From positions 1-64,000 of IMG/VR virus record IMGVR_UViG_3300022752_004319: 64,000 nt of DNA; one strand, 5' to 3'. A model generated the notes under the pieces. It ran no database searches, was not told the DNA's origin, and saw nothing but the letters and a program-made list of their open reading frames with translations. A program made the position numbers and the translations under genes. Numbering within the stretch: position 1 is the first letter of the stretch; each line of letters begins with the position of its first letter. Below, one piece after another: positions 1-10,270 of the stretch. The DNA comes from a virus.

Positions 1-78
1 CCTGATATGGGTGGTGAAATGCCTGATATGGGTGGTGAAATGCCTGATATTGGTGGTGAAATGCCTGATATGGGTGGT
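1..78 (+). repeat. 21-bp coding tandem repeat (cctgatatgggtggtgaaatg; PDMGGEM), about 3.7 copies visible
   Basis: Units at 1, 22, 43 (one SNP) and 64 (partial). Confidence 0.95.
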
Positions 79-717
79 GGAAAAGAAGAAGTTTCTTTTC
101 GTACAATTCAAAAATTAACAGGAAAACTAGGTCAAAAACTAAGAATGTTGGATGACACAGTTGGTATGACATCTGAAGATGTAAAATATGTATTAAATTC
201 TATTTTATCTGCGGTTGATTTATCAAAATTAGAAGACGAAGATCGTGAAGATATTTTAGCTAAGTTCGAAGAAGATTATGATGAAGATATGATGGGATCT
301 GATGATATGGGTGATCAAATTGATGTCGACACTGAAGTTGATATTCAAGAACCTGAAATGTCAGCACCGAAAGAAGAATTTGGTGAGGAAGATGAGGATG
401 GAATGTTCCGTAAAAAAATCGGTTCAATTATGGACTCAGTTTTTGCTGAATCTGAGGTTGAAAAACTTTTATCTCAATACTATCGTGTGAATGAAAACGA
501 AAAGAAATTGAAAGATAAAAAAATAGATGAGTATAAAAAAGTAACATTAAATCAAGTAAATCAACTAGCCGAAACAAAAAAACAAAAGGATAGTGCTGAG
601 TTTATTATAAAAGAAACCAAAGGATTTAAGTTCAAAGGTAAGACTAATCTTAAAAACCTAGTTTTTGAAAATAATGGTGAAATTTTGAAAATTGATTTAG
701 ATGGACAATTTCTATGA
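1..717 (+). CDS. Acidic head-module protein, 5'-truncated by window edge
   Basis: Frame open from base 1; PDMGGEM repeats and D/E-rich tract; stop overlaps next ATG (ATGA). Confidence 0.75.
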   Translation, partial: PDMGGEMPDMGGEMPDIGGEMPDMGGGKEEVSFRTIQKLTGKLGQKLRMLDDTVGMTSEDVKYVLNSILSAVDLSKLEDEDREDILAKFEEDYDEDMMGSDDMGDQIDVDTEVDIQEPEMSAPKEEFGEEDEDGMFRKKIGSIMDSVFAESEVEKLLSQYYRVNENEKKLKDKKIDEYKKVTLNQVNQLAETKKQKDSAEFIIKETKGFKFKGKTNLKNLVFENNGEILKIDLDGQFL

Positions 718-1109
718 GCCACTTAATTTATATCAACGGACTAGGCCCGAATTATAAAGGAGATAACATTTACGAATTTATCTTTAGTGACTCTTTTGAT
801 GTGTGGGGTGATAACTGGGATTCAAAACCAGCTCACGGTCATCCATTACCACCTGAAATGAAATACATAACTAAAGTCGGTATTCTACGTAATACTGAGG
901 TGATACTAGATCTAGTTCAAAATTCTGACTATATGGGTGTTATCGATGCTATGGAAGACATAATAGCCCTCGGTTGGGAAACAGATGATAGTTGTGGTGA
1001 AAATAAAAGATTAGTATTCAAGTTTGGTGAACCCGAACAAAGTATAAAAGATAAACTTTACGAAAGAGATGTCGTATTGGAATTTGAAAAACAAATGTCT
1101 TATGTCTAA
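714..1109 (+). CDS. Hypothetical phage protein (131 aa)
   Basis: ORF coupled to both neighbours; no recognised motif. Confidence 0.75.
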   Translation: MSHLIYINGLGPNYKGDNIYEFIFSDSFDVWGDNWDSKPAHGHPLPPEMKYITKVGILRNTEVILDLVQNSDYMGVIDAMEDIIALGWETDDSCGENKRLVFKFGEPEQSIKDKLYERDVVLEFEKQMSYV

Positions 1110-1893
1110 AATTAAAATTAATAAGTTAGTAAAAGCTGGACTAAGTAGAAATATGGTTTCGCAATTGTCCGAGAGAGCAATGGATGTTTTAATTCAAAAA
1201 TTTATTTTGGATGAGCAAACAGGTACAGTTACAGTGTCAAAAGAAACCGATCCAACCAAAATTCGTGACTTAGCTAGTAAAGGGTTAAATGTTACGGTTG
1301 CAAATGAAGTGAAAGAAGATGAAAGAACTCAAGATCCACACCAAGTTGGCCCATCAACAGATGATGGTTTTGGTGATTACGGTGATGGTATGGATGAGGG
1401 TGAAATGACTGAAAAAAAACAAAAGAAAAATCCTTGGGCTATTTGTACAGCAACTATGGGTAAAAAATTTGGTACAACTGAAAGAAGTGATTGGTCTAAA
1501 AGACAGATGAAAGAATATGAGAGATGTGTAATGGATGTCAAAAAACAAATTAAAGAAAATAAGAACCCCCTACTTCCAATCCTAGAAAATATGACTAGAA
1601 AACAGATTGAGACCAATTTGTTACCTCAAATGGATAAAGCTTCATTAATTGAGATGGTCGCTAAAAACCAATCTATTGTTAAAAGACCACTTTATAATTC
1701 ATCCGAAGATAAAACCAAAAAGATGAAAAAACCTATAGGTTCTATGTTTTCAATTACTAAAGAAAAATTTGAGAGTGACCTCAAAGAAATGGAAAAAACA
1801 GAAGGAAAAACACGTGAGTTATCACCCAATCCCGGTAAGACCAAAATTCCTGATTATTTAACCTTTGATCAACTTAATATTAAATTTAAATAG
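1102..1893 (+). CDS. Hypothetical head-associated protein with a KKNPWAICT...YERCV Cys-pair module
   Basis: Start re-placed at ATG 1102 (MSKIKINKLV), overlapping upstream stop; several (I/V)xE motifs. Confidence 0.7.
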   Translation: MSKIKINKLVKAGLSRNMVSQLSERAMDVLIQKFILDEQTGTVTVSKETDPTKIRDLASKGLNVTVANEVKEDERTQDPHQVGPSTDDGFGDYGDGMDEGEMTEKKQKKNPWAICTATMGKKFGTTERSDWSKRQMKEYERCVMDVKKQIKENKNPLLPILENMTRKQIETNLLPQMDKASLIEMVAKNQSIVKRPLYNSSEDKTKKMKKPIGSMFSITKEKFESDLKEMEKTEGKTRELSPNPGKTKIPDYLTFDQLNIKFK

Positions 1894-1895
1894 TA

Positions 1896-3146
1896 ATGTT
1901 AAAGAAAAAATTTATTAAAGAAGCACCTATCGACTATGGTGATAGACCAGAAAGAATGGATCCAGGTACACAGAGGAAAATAGAAACTGGACAAACTCCC
2001 ATTTCCAAACAACCTTTTATGCCTAAAATCACAGGAGCACAAACATTCGAAGAAGTTATTGCCTCTGAAAGATTTAAACAAGTAATTGAAAACATTCGTA
2101 GATATACTAACATACCTGGTCCTGTTGATATGCGAAACATCGGTCAATTACAGATGTTATTAATGTCAGCACTCCGAGAAATAGTAAACATTGAAAGACA
2201 ACACAAGGAATATTTAGAGAACTTATCAATTGAATTGGTCAGAAAAGAATTAGAAATAGACCCTTCTGAGATAGAGTATGAATCTAATTTGGTTAGACCT
2301 AGTGACATTTCCAACGAAGGTTTTCAAATGGAACCTGAAGAGAAATCCGCAGAAGAAATAGCAAAATTATTTCAAACTCCAGAAAAGAAAGAGGATGAAG
2401 AAGAAAACCCAGTCGAAGCTTTACTCAGAGCCTTAGAAGAGTTCAATATTGAAAGAAGTAAGAGAAGATTGATTAATATGTTCATTCAAGGTGCTGGGGC
2501 TAAAGCCCAATATATGTACCATTTGATTGAAGAAAAATTAAATGAACTAGATCCAAGGTTATTAAATTTATACGGAACATTAATGTCCGTCAATGAAATG
2601 TTATATTGGATATTGGACGAAAACATGCTAGGAGATTTGATGGGAAGTAAAGCTGGTTCGGTGGAAGTCGATACAAATCAAGATCCCCCGAAAGTTATGG
2701 CCAAAGGGGTTATTTTTCCAGTGTTACTACACGAGTTGGTGAAAGGAACGTATGAAGTTATTGGAAAATTCGGATTACCATCAAATCCTGAAAAACAAAA
2801 GATGGTTACAGGATACGAGGATACGTTACCTGCTGAGGTTTGGGATTTAAGATTTGGCCCAGTATTCTGGGAAAGATTATTAAACGTATATCCTAATAGG
2901 ATTTTTGAATCAGGACAAAGATTTATACAAAATTATTTGTTCCAAAAATTTGTTATGATGAGTGCTGAAGAATTTATTGATCTAACAAAAATGATTCTTT
3001 TGGGTAATCCAAAAGCAAATCAAATTTTGGATAGAATGGTAAAAGAAATATCGGAAAGATTAAGGGAATTGGAAAATGAAGCCAGTGAAGAAGATGACGA
3101 TGATGGGTTGGGTGATATTAACATTGACGATATCTTCAATCGATAA
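1896..3146 (+). CDS. Hypothetical protein upstream of terminase (416 aa)
   Basis: Long ORF; FPVLLHELVKG and DTLPAEVWDLRFGP blocks; acidic C-tail. Confidence 0.75.
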   Translation: MLKKKFIKEAPIDYGDRPERMDPGTQRKIETGQTPISKQPFMPKITGAQTFEEVIASERFKQVIENIRRYTNIPGPVDMRNIGQLQMLLMSALREIVNIERQHKEYLENLSIELVRKELEIDPSEIEYESNLVRPSDISNEGFQMEPEEKSAEEIAKLFQTPEKKEDEEENPVEALLRALEEFNIERSKRRLINMFIQGAGAKAQYMYHLIEEKLNELDPRLLNLYGTLMSVNEMLYWILDENMLGDLMGSKAGSVEVDTNQDPPKVMAKGVIFPVLLHELVKGTYEVIGKFGLPSNPEKQKMVTGYEDTLPAEVWDLRFGPVFWERLLNVYPNRIFESGQRFIQNYLFQKFVMMSAEEFIDLTKMILLGNPKANQILDRMVKEISERLRELENEASEEDDDDGLGDINIDDIFNR

Positions 3147-3156
3147 CTAAAATGAA

Positions 3157-4926
3157 ATGGGATTTACTAAAGAACAACTTTTACTTGAATATACCAAGTG
3201 TGTTAGGAATACAGAATACGCTTTAAAAACATATTTACAAACTTACGACAATACACAGTCAAAGTATGTTCCTCTAGAACTTTTTCCAGATCAGGCAACC
3301 CTAATCAAAGATTACGAAGAGCACAACGAAAACATTGCAAAAAAATATAGACAAGCTGGTGTATCTACAGTTACCGCGGCTTGGATTAGCAAAAAACTAG
3401 CATTCGCTCTTAAAAACAAACCCGAAAAGGTTTTGTGTATTGCAAATAAGTTGGATACAGCGGTTGAATTTGCAAATAAAGTGAGGGGGTTTATTGACCA
3501 ATGGCCAAGTTGGGTGGGTATTACCTACAGTAATGAAAAAAATTCCCAAAGACATTTCAAAATTTCTAACGGGTGTGAGGTCAAAGCGGTTGCTACGTCT
3601 AAGGATGCCTTGAGGGGTTATACACCAACAATTCTTATTTTTGATGAGGCAGCGTATATTGAGGCTGATAGTGATTTCTGGGCGGCTTGTATGGCCTCCT
3701 TATCGACAGGGGGTAAAGTGATTGTTATTTCCACACCAAATGGATACGACCCGATATATTATGAGATCTATGACCAATCTTTAAGGGGGATCAATGATTT
3801 TAAAATAACCGAAATGTTTTGGTGGAGAGATCCGAGATACACCAAAGATTTACAGTTTTTAAAAGTAGATGATCTTATTCATTTTTATCTTAACAGAGAT
3901 GAATACCCAGATCTGGAAATTGTTGATTTCTCTGAAACACTACCATTCGATCGAGACTATGATGAGATCCAGAAATTATTTGAAAGTGGATACAAACCAA
4001 CGTCAAATTGGTTTGAAAAAATGGTCAAGAAATTAAAATATGATAAAAGAAAAGTTGCACAAGAATTAGAATGTAATTTTTTGGGGTCTGGTGATAATGT
4101 GTTCGACTCAAATTTGGTTCAAAAAATATTGGAAAATGATGTGAAGGATCCTGTAAACAAAATGGTGAGTGGTGGTTTGTGGTTATGGAAAGAACCAGTT
4201 TTGGGACATCGATACATTATGGGTGTTGACGTGAGTAGGGGTGATAGTGAAGACTTCTCCACTTTTCAAATTTTCGATTTTGACGATAGAGAACAGGTTG
4301 TTGAGTATTTGGGAAAACTACCGCCTGATAATTTGGCGGATATTGTTTATAAGTGGGCGACAATGTATAAAGCATTTGTTGTAGTTGATATTACTGGTGG
4401 TATGGGTGTCTCAACCGCAAGAAAACTTCAAGAACTAGGTTACAAAGATTTATATGTTGATGGTATGGATATTGCAAATAAATGGAAATTTGATCCCAAA
4501 ATGCAAGATAAAATACCGGGAATTAATTTTAACAATAAACGAGTACAAATAATTTCAGCATTAGAAGAATATTTTCGTCACGGATTGAAAATACATTCAA
4601 TTCGTCTTGTTAATGAAATGAACACATTCGTTTATATTAATGGTCGTCCTGATCATATGAAAGGACAACACGACGATCTAATTATGTCTCTTGCTATGGC
4701 GGTATATGTCGCCGATTATTCATTTACTCAGTTACAAAAAGTATCACAACAAGCAAAAGTTTTATTGGAATCTTGGGAAGTAAAAACATACGAACAACCT
4801 TCATCCCAACATTTTAATCCCGCATTACCAAACACAAATTATAAAGAAAATCCAGCGTTTAGAAATCAACCATCAAGAGCTGATTATGAACAATATTCTT
4901 GGTTGTTCGGTGGTGGTAAGCGTTGA
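3157..4926 (+). CDS. terL: Terminase large subunit (T4 gp17-like)
   Basis: KYRQAGVST (Walker A-like), ILIFDEAAY (Walker B), ISTPNG coupling motif, QELEC, nuclease motifs GVDVSRG and HDDLIMS. Confidence 0.95.
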   Translation: MGFTKEQLLLEYTKCVRNTEYALKTYLQTYDNTQSKYVPLELFPDQATLIKDYEEHNENIAKKYRQAGVSTVTAAWISKKLAFALKNKPEKVLCIANKLDTAVEFANKVRGFIDQWPSWVGITYSNEKNSQRHFKISNGCEVKAVATSKDALRGYTPTILIFDEAAYIEADSDFWAACMASLSTGGKVIVISTPNGYDPIYYEIYDQSLRGINDFKITEMFWWRDPRYTKDLQFLKVDDLIHFYLNRDEYPDLEIVDFSETLPFDRDYDEIQKLFESGYKPTSNWFEKMVKKLKYDKRKVAQELECNFLGSGDNVFDSNLVQKILENDVKDPVNKMVSGGLWLWKEPVLGHRYIMGVDVSRGDSEDFSTFQIFDFDDREQVVEYLGKLPPDNLADIVYKWATMYKAFVVVDITGGMGVSTARKLQELGYKDLYVDGMDIANKWKFDPKMQDKIPGINFNNKRVQIISALEEYFRHGLKIHSIRLVNEMNTFVYINGRPDHMKGQHDDLIMSLAMAVYVADYSFTQLQKVSQQAKVLLESWEVKTYEQPSSQHFNPALPNTNYKENPAFRNQPSRADYEQYSWLFGGGKR

Positions 4927-4956
4927 TTTATAAATTGAAGTATTTACCATTAAAAG

Positions 4957-7758
4957 ATGGAAGATAAAAATTTAACAATATGGCAGAGACTTTCCCAAAG
5001 TTTTGGGCCTAACTCACTTCTAGGTCAGGATTTACCTACATATAAATTTGATAAGAAAGAATTACTCAGAACACAGAGTAAAGATGAATATGAAAAACAA
5101 AAACTTCAAGCACAACAAACTTACTATCTTGTAAGTCAATGGGCTAAAGTTGAAAACAATTTATACAACCAAGCGGTATATTATGAACCAACAAGATTAG
5201 CATCATACTATGATTTCGAAAGTATGGAATATTCGTTAAGTTCTGAAACACTTATAGCAACACCTGATGGTTTTATAACAATAAAAGACCTTGCAGATAA
5301 AGGTAGAGACCACGAATTTATTGTATATGCTTACGATCATAACACCGAAAAAGTTGTACCCGCATTAGCAAGGAACGCTCATTACACACGTGATGAAATG
5401 ACTTATAAAATTACATTTGATGATGGATCACACATAATTGCAACATATGGTCACAGATTTTTGAAACGTGATGGTGTTTTCGAGGTTGTTGAAAATCTGA
5501 AACCCGGTGATTCTATGATGCCATTTTATCGTAAATCATTTTTTGATAATCAAAATTATAATTGGGTATATGTGTGTAATTCTAATGAAGGACATCACGG
5601 ATGGGTTTCTGAACACAAATTAATTGCTGAATGGTATTACGACAAAAAAGTTAGTGTTGACGAAGAAGTTCATCACAAAGATTTTAATGGTAAAAATAAT
5701 AACCCTGAAAATTTGCAAATTATGAATATTTCAGAGCACAGGGCTTATCACAGAAAATTGAATAATGAAAAACTTTGGGCCAATCCAGAATTCAGAGAAA
5801 AAATGTCAATTGTTGCCAAAAGAAAAGGAAAACTAAGTTGGAATGGGAGAAGAGTGGGTGTTAAGAACCCGTCTTATTTTCACATACCATACGATTTAAT
5901 AGTTCAAAAAGCTACTGAGTATAAAACTTTAATGGGTACAGCGTCAGCACTTAATATTTCATACAAAAAATTACAAAGAGAAATAACATATGCTGGTTAT
6001 AAAGATTGGAGTACTTTTTGTTTTGCTTATGGTATTGAAAAATCGAAATATTCAACCGCTAAGGTTAAAGGTGATAGTTATGTTTTTAACCATAAAATTG
6101 TAAGTATTGAACCGCACGGAGTTGTACCAGTGTATGACTTGAGTGTACCTGGATATAAAAACTTTGCAACTGACACCATATTTTCCCATAACACACCAGA
6201 AATCGCGTCAGCATTGGATACATATGCTGAAGAGTCAACCACCGTTGATGAAAATGGTTTTATGTTACAGATTTATTCTGATTCGCCCAGAATAAAATCT
6301 ATTCTAGCGGATTTATTTAATAACGCTCTTGACATCAACACAAACTTACCGATGTGGACACGTAATACCGCCAAATATGGTGATAATTTTGTGTTTTTGA
6401 AATTAGATCCTGAAAAGGGTGTTGTGGGTTGTTTACAACTACCTAACATTGAAATAGAAAGAATTGAGGTAGGAATGAAAGGTAGAGCAACCTCAGGATT
6501 TGGGGCCGCACAAGCATCCAACGCCGATACAAAAAGTTTAACATTTACTTGGAAAAACAAACAACTGGATTTTAATAGTTGGGAAATTGCCCACTTCCGA
6601 TTGTTAGGTGATGATCGTAAACTACCTTACGGAACAGCGATGACCGAAAAAGCAAGAAGGATTTGGAAACAATTGGTATTAGCTGAGGATGCGATGCTTG
6701 TTTATCGAACATCTAGAGCCCCTGAAAGAAGAGTATTTAAAGTTTATGTTGGTAATATGGACGACGCGGATGTTTATCCATATGTCCAAAGATTTGCACA
6801 ACAATTTAAAAAAGATCAGATTGCAGACCCTAAAACTGGTAATGTTGACATGAGATTCAATCAGATGGCGGTAGACCAAGACTTTTTTATTCCTGTAAGA
6901 GATCCTGCTGCACCTACACCAATTGATACGTTAGCTGGCGCTCAAAACCTATCAGAAATTGCAGATATCGAGTACATTCAGAAAAAACTCTTGACGGCAC
7001 TTAGAATTCCAAAAGCATTTTTAGGATTTGAGGAACCTGTTGGAGATGGTAAAAATTTATCTTTACAAGACATTCGTTTTGCAAGAACAATCAATAGAAT
7101 TCAAAAGTGTATGATTTCGGAGTTGAATAAAATTGCTATCATTCACTTGTTTTTACTTGGTTTCGAAGATGAACTTGGTTCATTTCAATTATCACTGACT
7201 AATCCATCTAAACAAGCGGATTTACTTGCAGTAGAAGTTTGGAAAGAAAAAATGTTATTGTATAGAGATGCTGTCACTAAAATTGAAGGTATTGCGCCAG
7301 TATCTCAGGCTTGGGCTAAAAAACACGTTCTTGGATTTTCAGATGATGAAATCAAACTTGATTTACAACAACAAAGAATGGAAATGGCGGTATCTGCAGA
7401 ACTCACAAATACACCTAATGTTATTAACAGAACAGGTCTCTTTGACAATATCGATAAGTTGTACGGAAAACAAGTTATGAGTGGAGAAACATCAACCACA
7501 GGTACAGCACCTATGGGTGGTGCGGAACCATTACCTCCTGCTGGCGGTGGATTAGGTGGAGAAATAGGTGGCGGTGAAATACCAGCACCAGCTCCTGAGG
7601 AACCTACATTAGCACCAGAAAGTAGGAAAAAAACACCAAACATAATCTTAGAAAGGATGGGAATAGAAAATAGAGAAGAAATAGATTTTGATAAAGGTGA
7701 AAAAATATTATCATCAATTCAAAATGAGTTGGACAAATTATCGGATGAAACTATTTAA
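4957..7758 (+). CDS. Portal protein (T4 gp20-like) containing an intein
   Basis: EDAMLVYRTSRAPERRVFKVYVGN, DIEYIQKKLLTALRIPK, DIRFARTINRIQ; lies between terminase and protease. Confidence 0.93.
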   Translation: MEDKNLTIWQRLSQSFGPNSLLGQDLPTYKFDKKELLRTQSKDEYEKQKLQAQQTYYLVSQWAKVENNLYNQAVYYEPTRLASYYDFESMEYSLSSETLIATPDGFITIKDLADKGRDHEFIVYAYDHNTEKVVPALARNAHYTRDEMTYKITFDDGSHIIATYGHRFLKRDGVFEVVENLKPGDSMMPFYRKSFFDNQNYNWVYVCNSNEGHHGWVSEHKLIAEWYYDKKVSVDEEVHHKDFNGKNNNPENLQIMNISEHRAYHRKLNNEKLWANPEFREKMSIVAKRKGKLSWNGRRVGVKNPSYFHIPYDLIVQKATEYKTLMGTASALNISYKKLQREITYAGYKDWSTFCFAYGIEKSKYSTAKVKGDSYVFNHKIVSIEPHGVVPVYDLSVPGYKNFATDTIFSHNTPEIASALDTYAEESTTVDENGFMLQIYSDSPRIKSILADLFNNALDINTNLPMWTRNTAKYGDNFVFLKLDPEKGVVGCLQLPNIEIERIEVGMKGRATSGFGAAQASNADTKSLTFTWKNKQLDFNSWEIAHFRLLGDDRKLPYGTAMTEKARRIWKQLVLAEDAMLVYRTSRAPERRVFKVYVGNMDDADVYPYVQRFAQQFKKDQIADPKTGNVDMRFNQMAVDQDFFIPVRDPAAPTPIDTLAGAQNLSEIADIEYIQKKLLTALRIPKAFLGFEEPVGDGKNLSLQDIRFARTINRIQKCMISELNKIAIIHLFLLGFEDELGSFQLSLTNPSKQADLLAVEVWKEKMLLYRDAVTKIEGIAPVSQAWAKKHVLGFSDDEIKLDLQQQRMEMAVSAELTNTPNVINRTGLFDNIDKLYGKQVMSGETSTTGTAPMGGAEPLPPAGGGLGGEIGGGEIPAPAPEEPTLAPESRKKTPNIILERMGIENREEIDFDKGEKILSSIQNELDKLSDETI
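5233..6192 (+). mobile_element. Intein (320 aa) with HNH homing endonuclease, inside portal gene
   Basis: Junctions ESMEY|SLSSETLIATPDG and VYDLSVPGYKNFATDTIFSHN|TPEI; block B TYGH; HNH motif EVHHKDFNGKNNNPENL. Confidence 0.92.
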
Positions 7759-7771
7759 CAAATAAAAGACT

Positions 7772-8473
7772 ATGAAATTCGGAGAATTATTTTCAGCAAT
7801 CGAAAGCCATTTGCTATCCTCTTACGAGAAAGGAATTTTTGAATCACAAATAAATGGTTTCAACAATTTGGTACTTAGAAATAAAGAATTATCATCAATA
7901 TTCTATCTTTACAATCAATTAGACGAAACCAAGTCTTTAGATCGAGAGTCTGCTGAATTATTAATTCAAGAAACGGTCAGACAAATTGAAAATATCAAAC
8001 CTGATGTAAAAAAGAAATTAGTAGAACTATGGGTAAAAGATGTTACAACTGAGAATGTCTACGAAGACATTGATAATTTGATTTACACAGATATTACAAA
8101 TTTAATAGAAACAGTACAGTCCAAAAAGAAATTGATTTCAGCTCTCACAGAAACGGTTCAACCAAAAGAAAAAGTTAATATACCAATAACAACTCTTTTC
8201 AAAATCGCAAATAGAACAACATCAGAATATGTCCAAAATTTGGATGAGGACACAAAAAAAGAATTGGTAAATATCCTTACTGAAGATATTGAGGTGTTAG
8301 AAAACAAATATACTGAACTCAAAAAAGACACAATAGAAAAATTAAGACAAAAATTGTCCGAGAATTCTGGTGAAGTTTTTAATAAAATTGAAGAAGTTCT
8401 TTATCAGATCGACAGAGAATCGTTTGACAGGATTAATTACGTGAGGTTAAAGTCCTTATCGGACAATTTGTAA
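7772..8473 (+). CDS. Hypothetical helical protein downstream of portal (233 aa)
   Basis: ORF directly after portal; TATTTA upstream. Confidence 0.75.
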   Translation: MKFGELFSAIESHLLSSYEKGIFESQINGFNNLVLRNKELSSIFYLYNQLDETKSLDRESAELLIQETVRQIENIKPDVKKKLVELWVKDVTTENVYEDIDNLIYTDITNLIETVQSKKKLISALTETVQPKEKVNIPITTLFKIANRTTSEYVQNLDEDTKKELVNILTEDIEVLENKYTELKKDTIEKLRQKLSENSGEVFNKIEEVLYQIDRESFDRINYVRLKSLSDNL

Positions 8474-8475
8474 TC

Positions 8476-8667
8476 TCAGTTCTCCGCGTCACGTTTTCTT
8501 TGAATGAACTGAGCCTTCAAAACTTCTTTTCTTCTTTTTTCAGCCTTACTCTCGAAAGAAAGTCTTGACAATAATCCTTCATTTTGTTTTGTTTTGATAA
8601 TTTTTCCTTTTAATAATTTCAAGGATTTATCAAGACTAGATGTTCCGTTTACTTTAATTTTAATCAT
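8476..8667 (-). CDS. rpsU: Phage-encoded ribosomal protein bS21 homolog
   Basis: 63-aa basic protein: LDKSLKLLKGK, R35-x-x-F38, KRR, KAQFIQ; antisense within head module, as known for bS21 phages. Confidence 0.8.
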   Translation of the reverse strand: MIKIKVNGTSSLDKSLKLLKGKIIKTKQNEGLLSRLSFESKAEKRRKEVLKAQFIQRKRDAEN

Positions 8668-8672
8668 GTGCT

Positions 8673-8679
8673 ATAAATA
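8673..8679 (-). promoter_or_regulatory. TATTTAT putative late-promoter motif upstream of bS21
   Basis: ATAAATA on plus strand, 5 nt from the start codon; motif recurs before many structural genes. Confidence 0.5.
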
Positions 8680-8762
8680 ATACAAAAGTTAAAAAAAATT
8701 TGATTTGTATCAATAATTGTGTTATTTTTTTGTCAAAATAAACGAGTATAGAATATGGATAA

Positions 8763-9212
8763 ATGAAAAAAGGCAAAACCTGTAAATTGAACGGATTTAC
8801 AAGATTAAAAAGTACGTATGGAACAGTAGATTCCAAAACATTTAAATCTTTGTATTTGAACATACAAAGTTGGGTGACACCTCAAAAAAGTGTCGAAAAT
8901 TGGTCAAGAGTGGTAAACATTCTAAATAGAGAAATAAAAGAGACCATAAACGAAATTTTAGATCTTACATTATTACAACCAAAATTTATTTTAGACCTCG
9001 ACCTTAGAACCAGTGGATTAGTTGTCGGGAAAAAAAGTTTTATGAATTTGGAAATAACATTCTTCGTGGCGAAAAATATAGAATTCAAATCAACATTACT
9101 AAAAACACATCTTCAAAATCTGACATCACTTATAAATTCACACAATTTTACCAAAAACACTTACTTTAAATTTGAAAAAACAAAGAAACTGAAAACAATT
9201 GATATTATCTAA
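8763..9212 (+). CDS. Hypothetical protein between bS21 and prohead protease (149 aa)
   Basis: ORF with YGTVDSK, DLDLRTSG, KKSFMNLEI blocks. Confidence 0.75.
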   Translation: MKKGKTCKLNGFTRLKSTYGTVDSKTFKSLYLNIQSWVTPQKSVENWSRVVNILNREIKETINEILDLTLLQPKFILDLDLRTSGLVVGKKSFMNLEITFFVAKNIEFKSTLLKTHLQNLTSLINSHNFTKNTYFKFEKTKKLKTIDII

Positions 9213-9219
9213 TATTTAT
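9213..9219 (+). promoter_or_regulatory. TATTTAT putative late-promoter motif
   Basis: 14 nt before the protease ATG (9234). Confidence 0.55.
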
Positions 9220-9233
9220 CAATAAATTTTTTT

Positions 9234-9965
9234 ATGAAAATATTAGGGCCAAACGAAGTAGGTAGAGGAATTTTAATTGAAATGGATGCTGGATATATTT
9301 CGGCAACTGATGAAAGAAATTTAAAAGTAATTCAAGAACAGAAAACTCAATTAGATCATTCTAAACCTTTTGAATTTTATGCTGTACTTCAAAAGTACAA
9401 CACACCAAACAGAAATGGTAGAGTATATCCTGAAGAAATTCTCAAAAGAGAAGCTGAGAATTATAGAAAATTAATCAAAAAAGGAGTGGCTCTTTCAGAA
9501 CTTAATCACCCAGAATCTTCACTTATAGATTTAGATCGAGTATGTCACATTATTACTGATTTATGGTGGGAAAACCAAATGCTTTTAGGAAAGTTAAAAC
9601 TATTGACATCACCGGGTTTTCACGAGAGAGGTATCGTTTCAACAAAAGGAGACCAAGCGGCTAACTTACTTAGACAAGGAGTTACTTTAGGTATATCCTC
9701 AAGAGGTGTAGGATCCTTGAAAAAGGTAGGTGAACAAAATGAAGTACAGAAAGATTTTGAATTAATTTGTTTTGATTTGGTATCATCACCCTCAACACCT
9801 GGAGCGTATCTATTTTCAAATATTGATGATAGACATTCATTTGATGAAAATATTGAAGAAGAAAAAAGAATGAGACAAATATCCACAGAATCATCAAATA
9901 ACGGTAATCCTATGAATCGCTCTATTGACTTAATGAATAAATTGAATAACTTTTTAAGAAAATAA
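9234..9965 (+). CDS. Prohead core protease (T4 gp21-like)
   Basis: NRNGRVYP, ELNHP (His), GISSRGVGS (Ser), FDLVSSPSTPGAY. Confidence 0.93.
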   Translation: MKILGPNEVGRGILIEMDAGYISATDERNLKVIQEQKTQLDHSKPFEFYAVLQKYNTPNRNGRVYPEEILKREAENYRKLIKKGVALSELNHPESSLIDLDRVCHIITDLWWENQMLLGKLKLLTSPGFHERGIVSTKGDQAANLLRQGVTLGISSRGVGSLKKVGEQNEVQKDFELICFDLVSSPSTPGAYLFSNIDDRHSFDENIEEEKRMRQISTESSNNGNPMNRSIDLMNKLNNFLRK

Positions 9966-9968
9966 TTT

Positions 9969-10181
9969 ATGGAAGAATCAAAGTATTTTGTATCAAAAGT
10001 ACAATACGATCTACCTGATGAAAATTCAGGTAAGGTCAAAAAGATCACTGAAATGAAACTTGTACGAGCAATTTCAGTTACAGATGTTGAAGCCAAGGTG
10101 ACTGAAAAGTACCAAGGTTTCCAACACGATTGGCGAATAACTTCGGTAATCGAAAGTAAAATCGACGAAGTGATCGAGTAA
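9969..10181 (+). CDS. Small DUF4494-like protein
   Basis: YFVSKVQY...GKVKKITEMKLVRAISVTDVEAKV resembles the Bacteroidota DUF4494 pattern (recalled, not searched). Confidence 0.55.
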   Translation: MEESKYFVSKVQYDLPDENSGKVKKITEMKLVRAISVTDVEAKVTEKYQGFQHDWRITSVIESKIDEVIE

Positions 10182-10186
10182 AAATT

Positions 10187-10214
10187 AACCCCACCAATGA
10201 GTGGGGTTTTTTTT
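10187..10214 (+). terminator. Rho-independent terminator
   Basis: AACCCCAC-caatga-GTGGGGTT stem running into a T8 tract, just after stop at 10181. Confidence 0.85.
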
Positions 10215-10270
10215 GGAAAATTTTTTTACAACAAAAATTGTAAAAATCAATATTTTTTACGCTATGGATA

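Noticed and set aside
8668-8762. tRNA/ncRNA or sigma70 promoter in intergenic gaps (also 47485-47602)
   Set aside because: No cloverleaf or stable structure; TTGTCA/TAGAAT spacing is only 13 nt.
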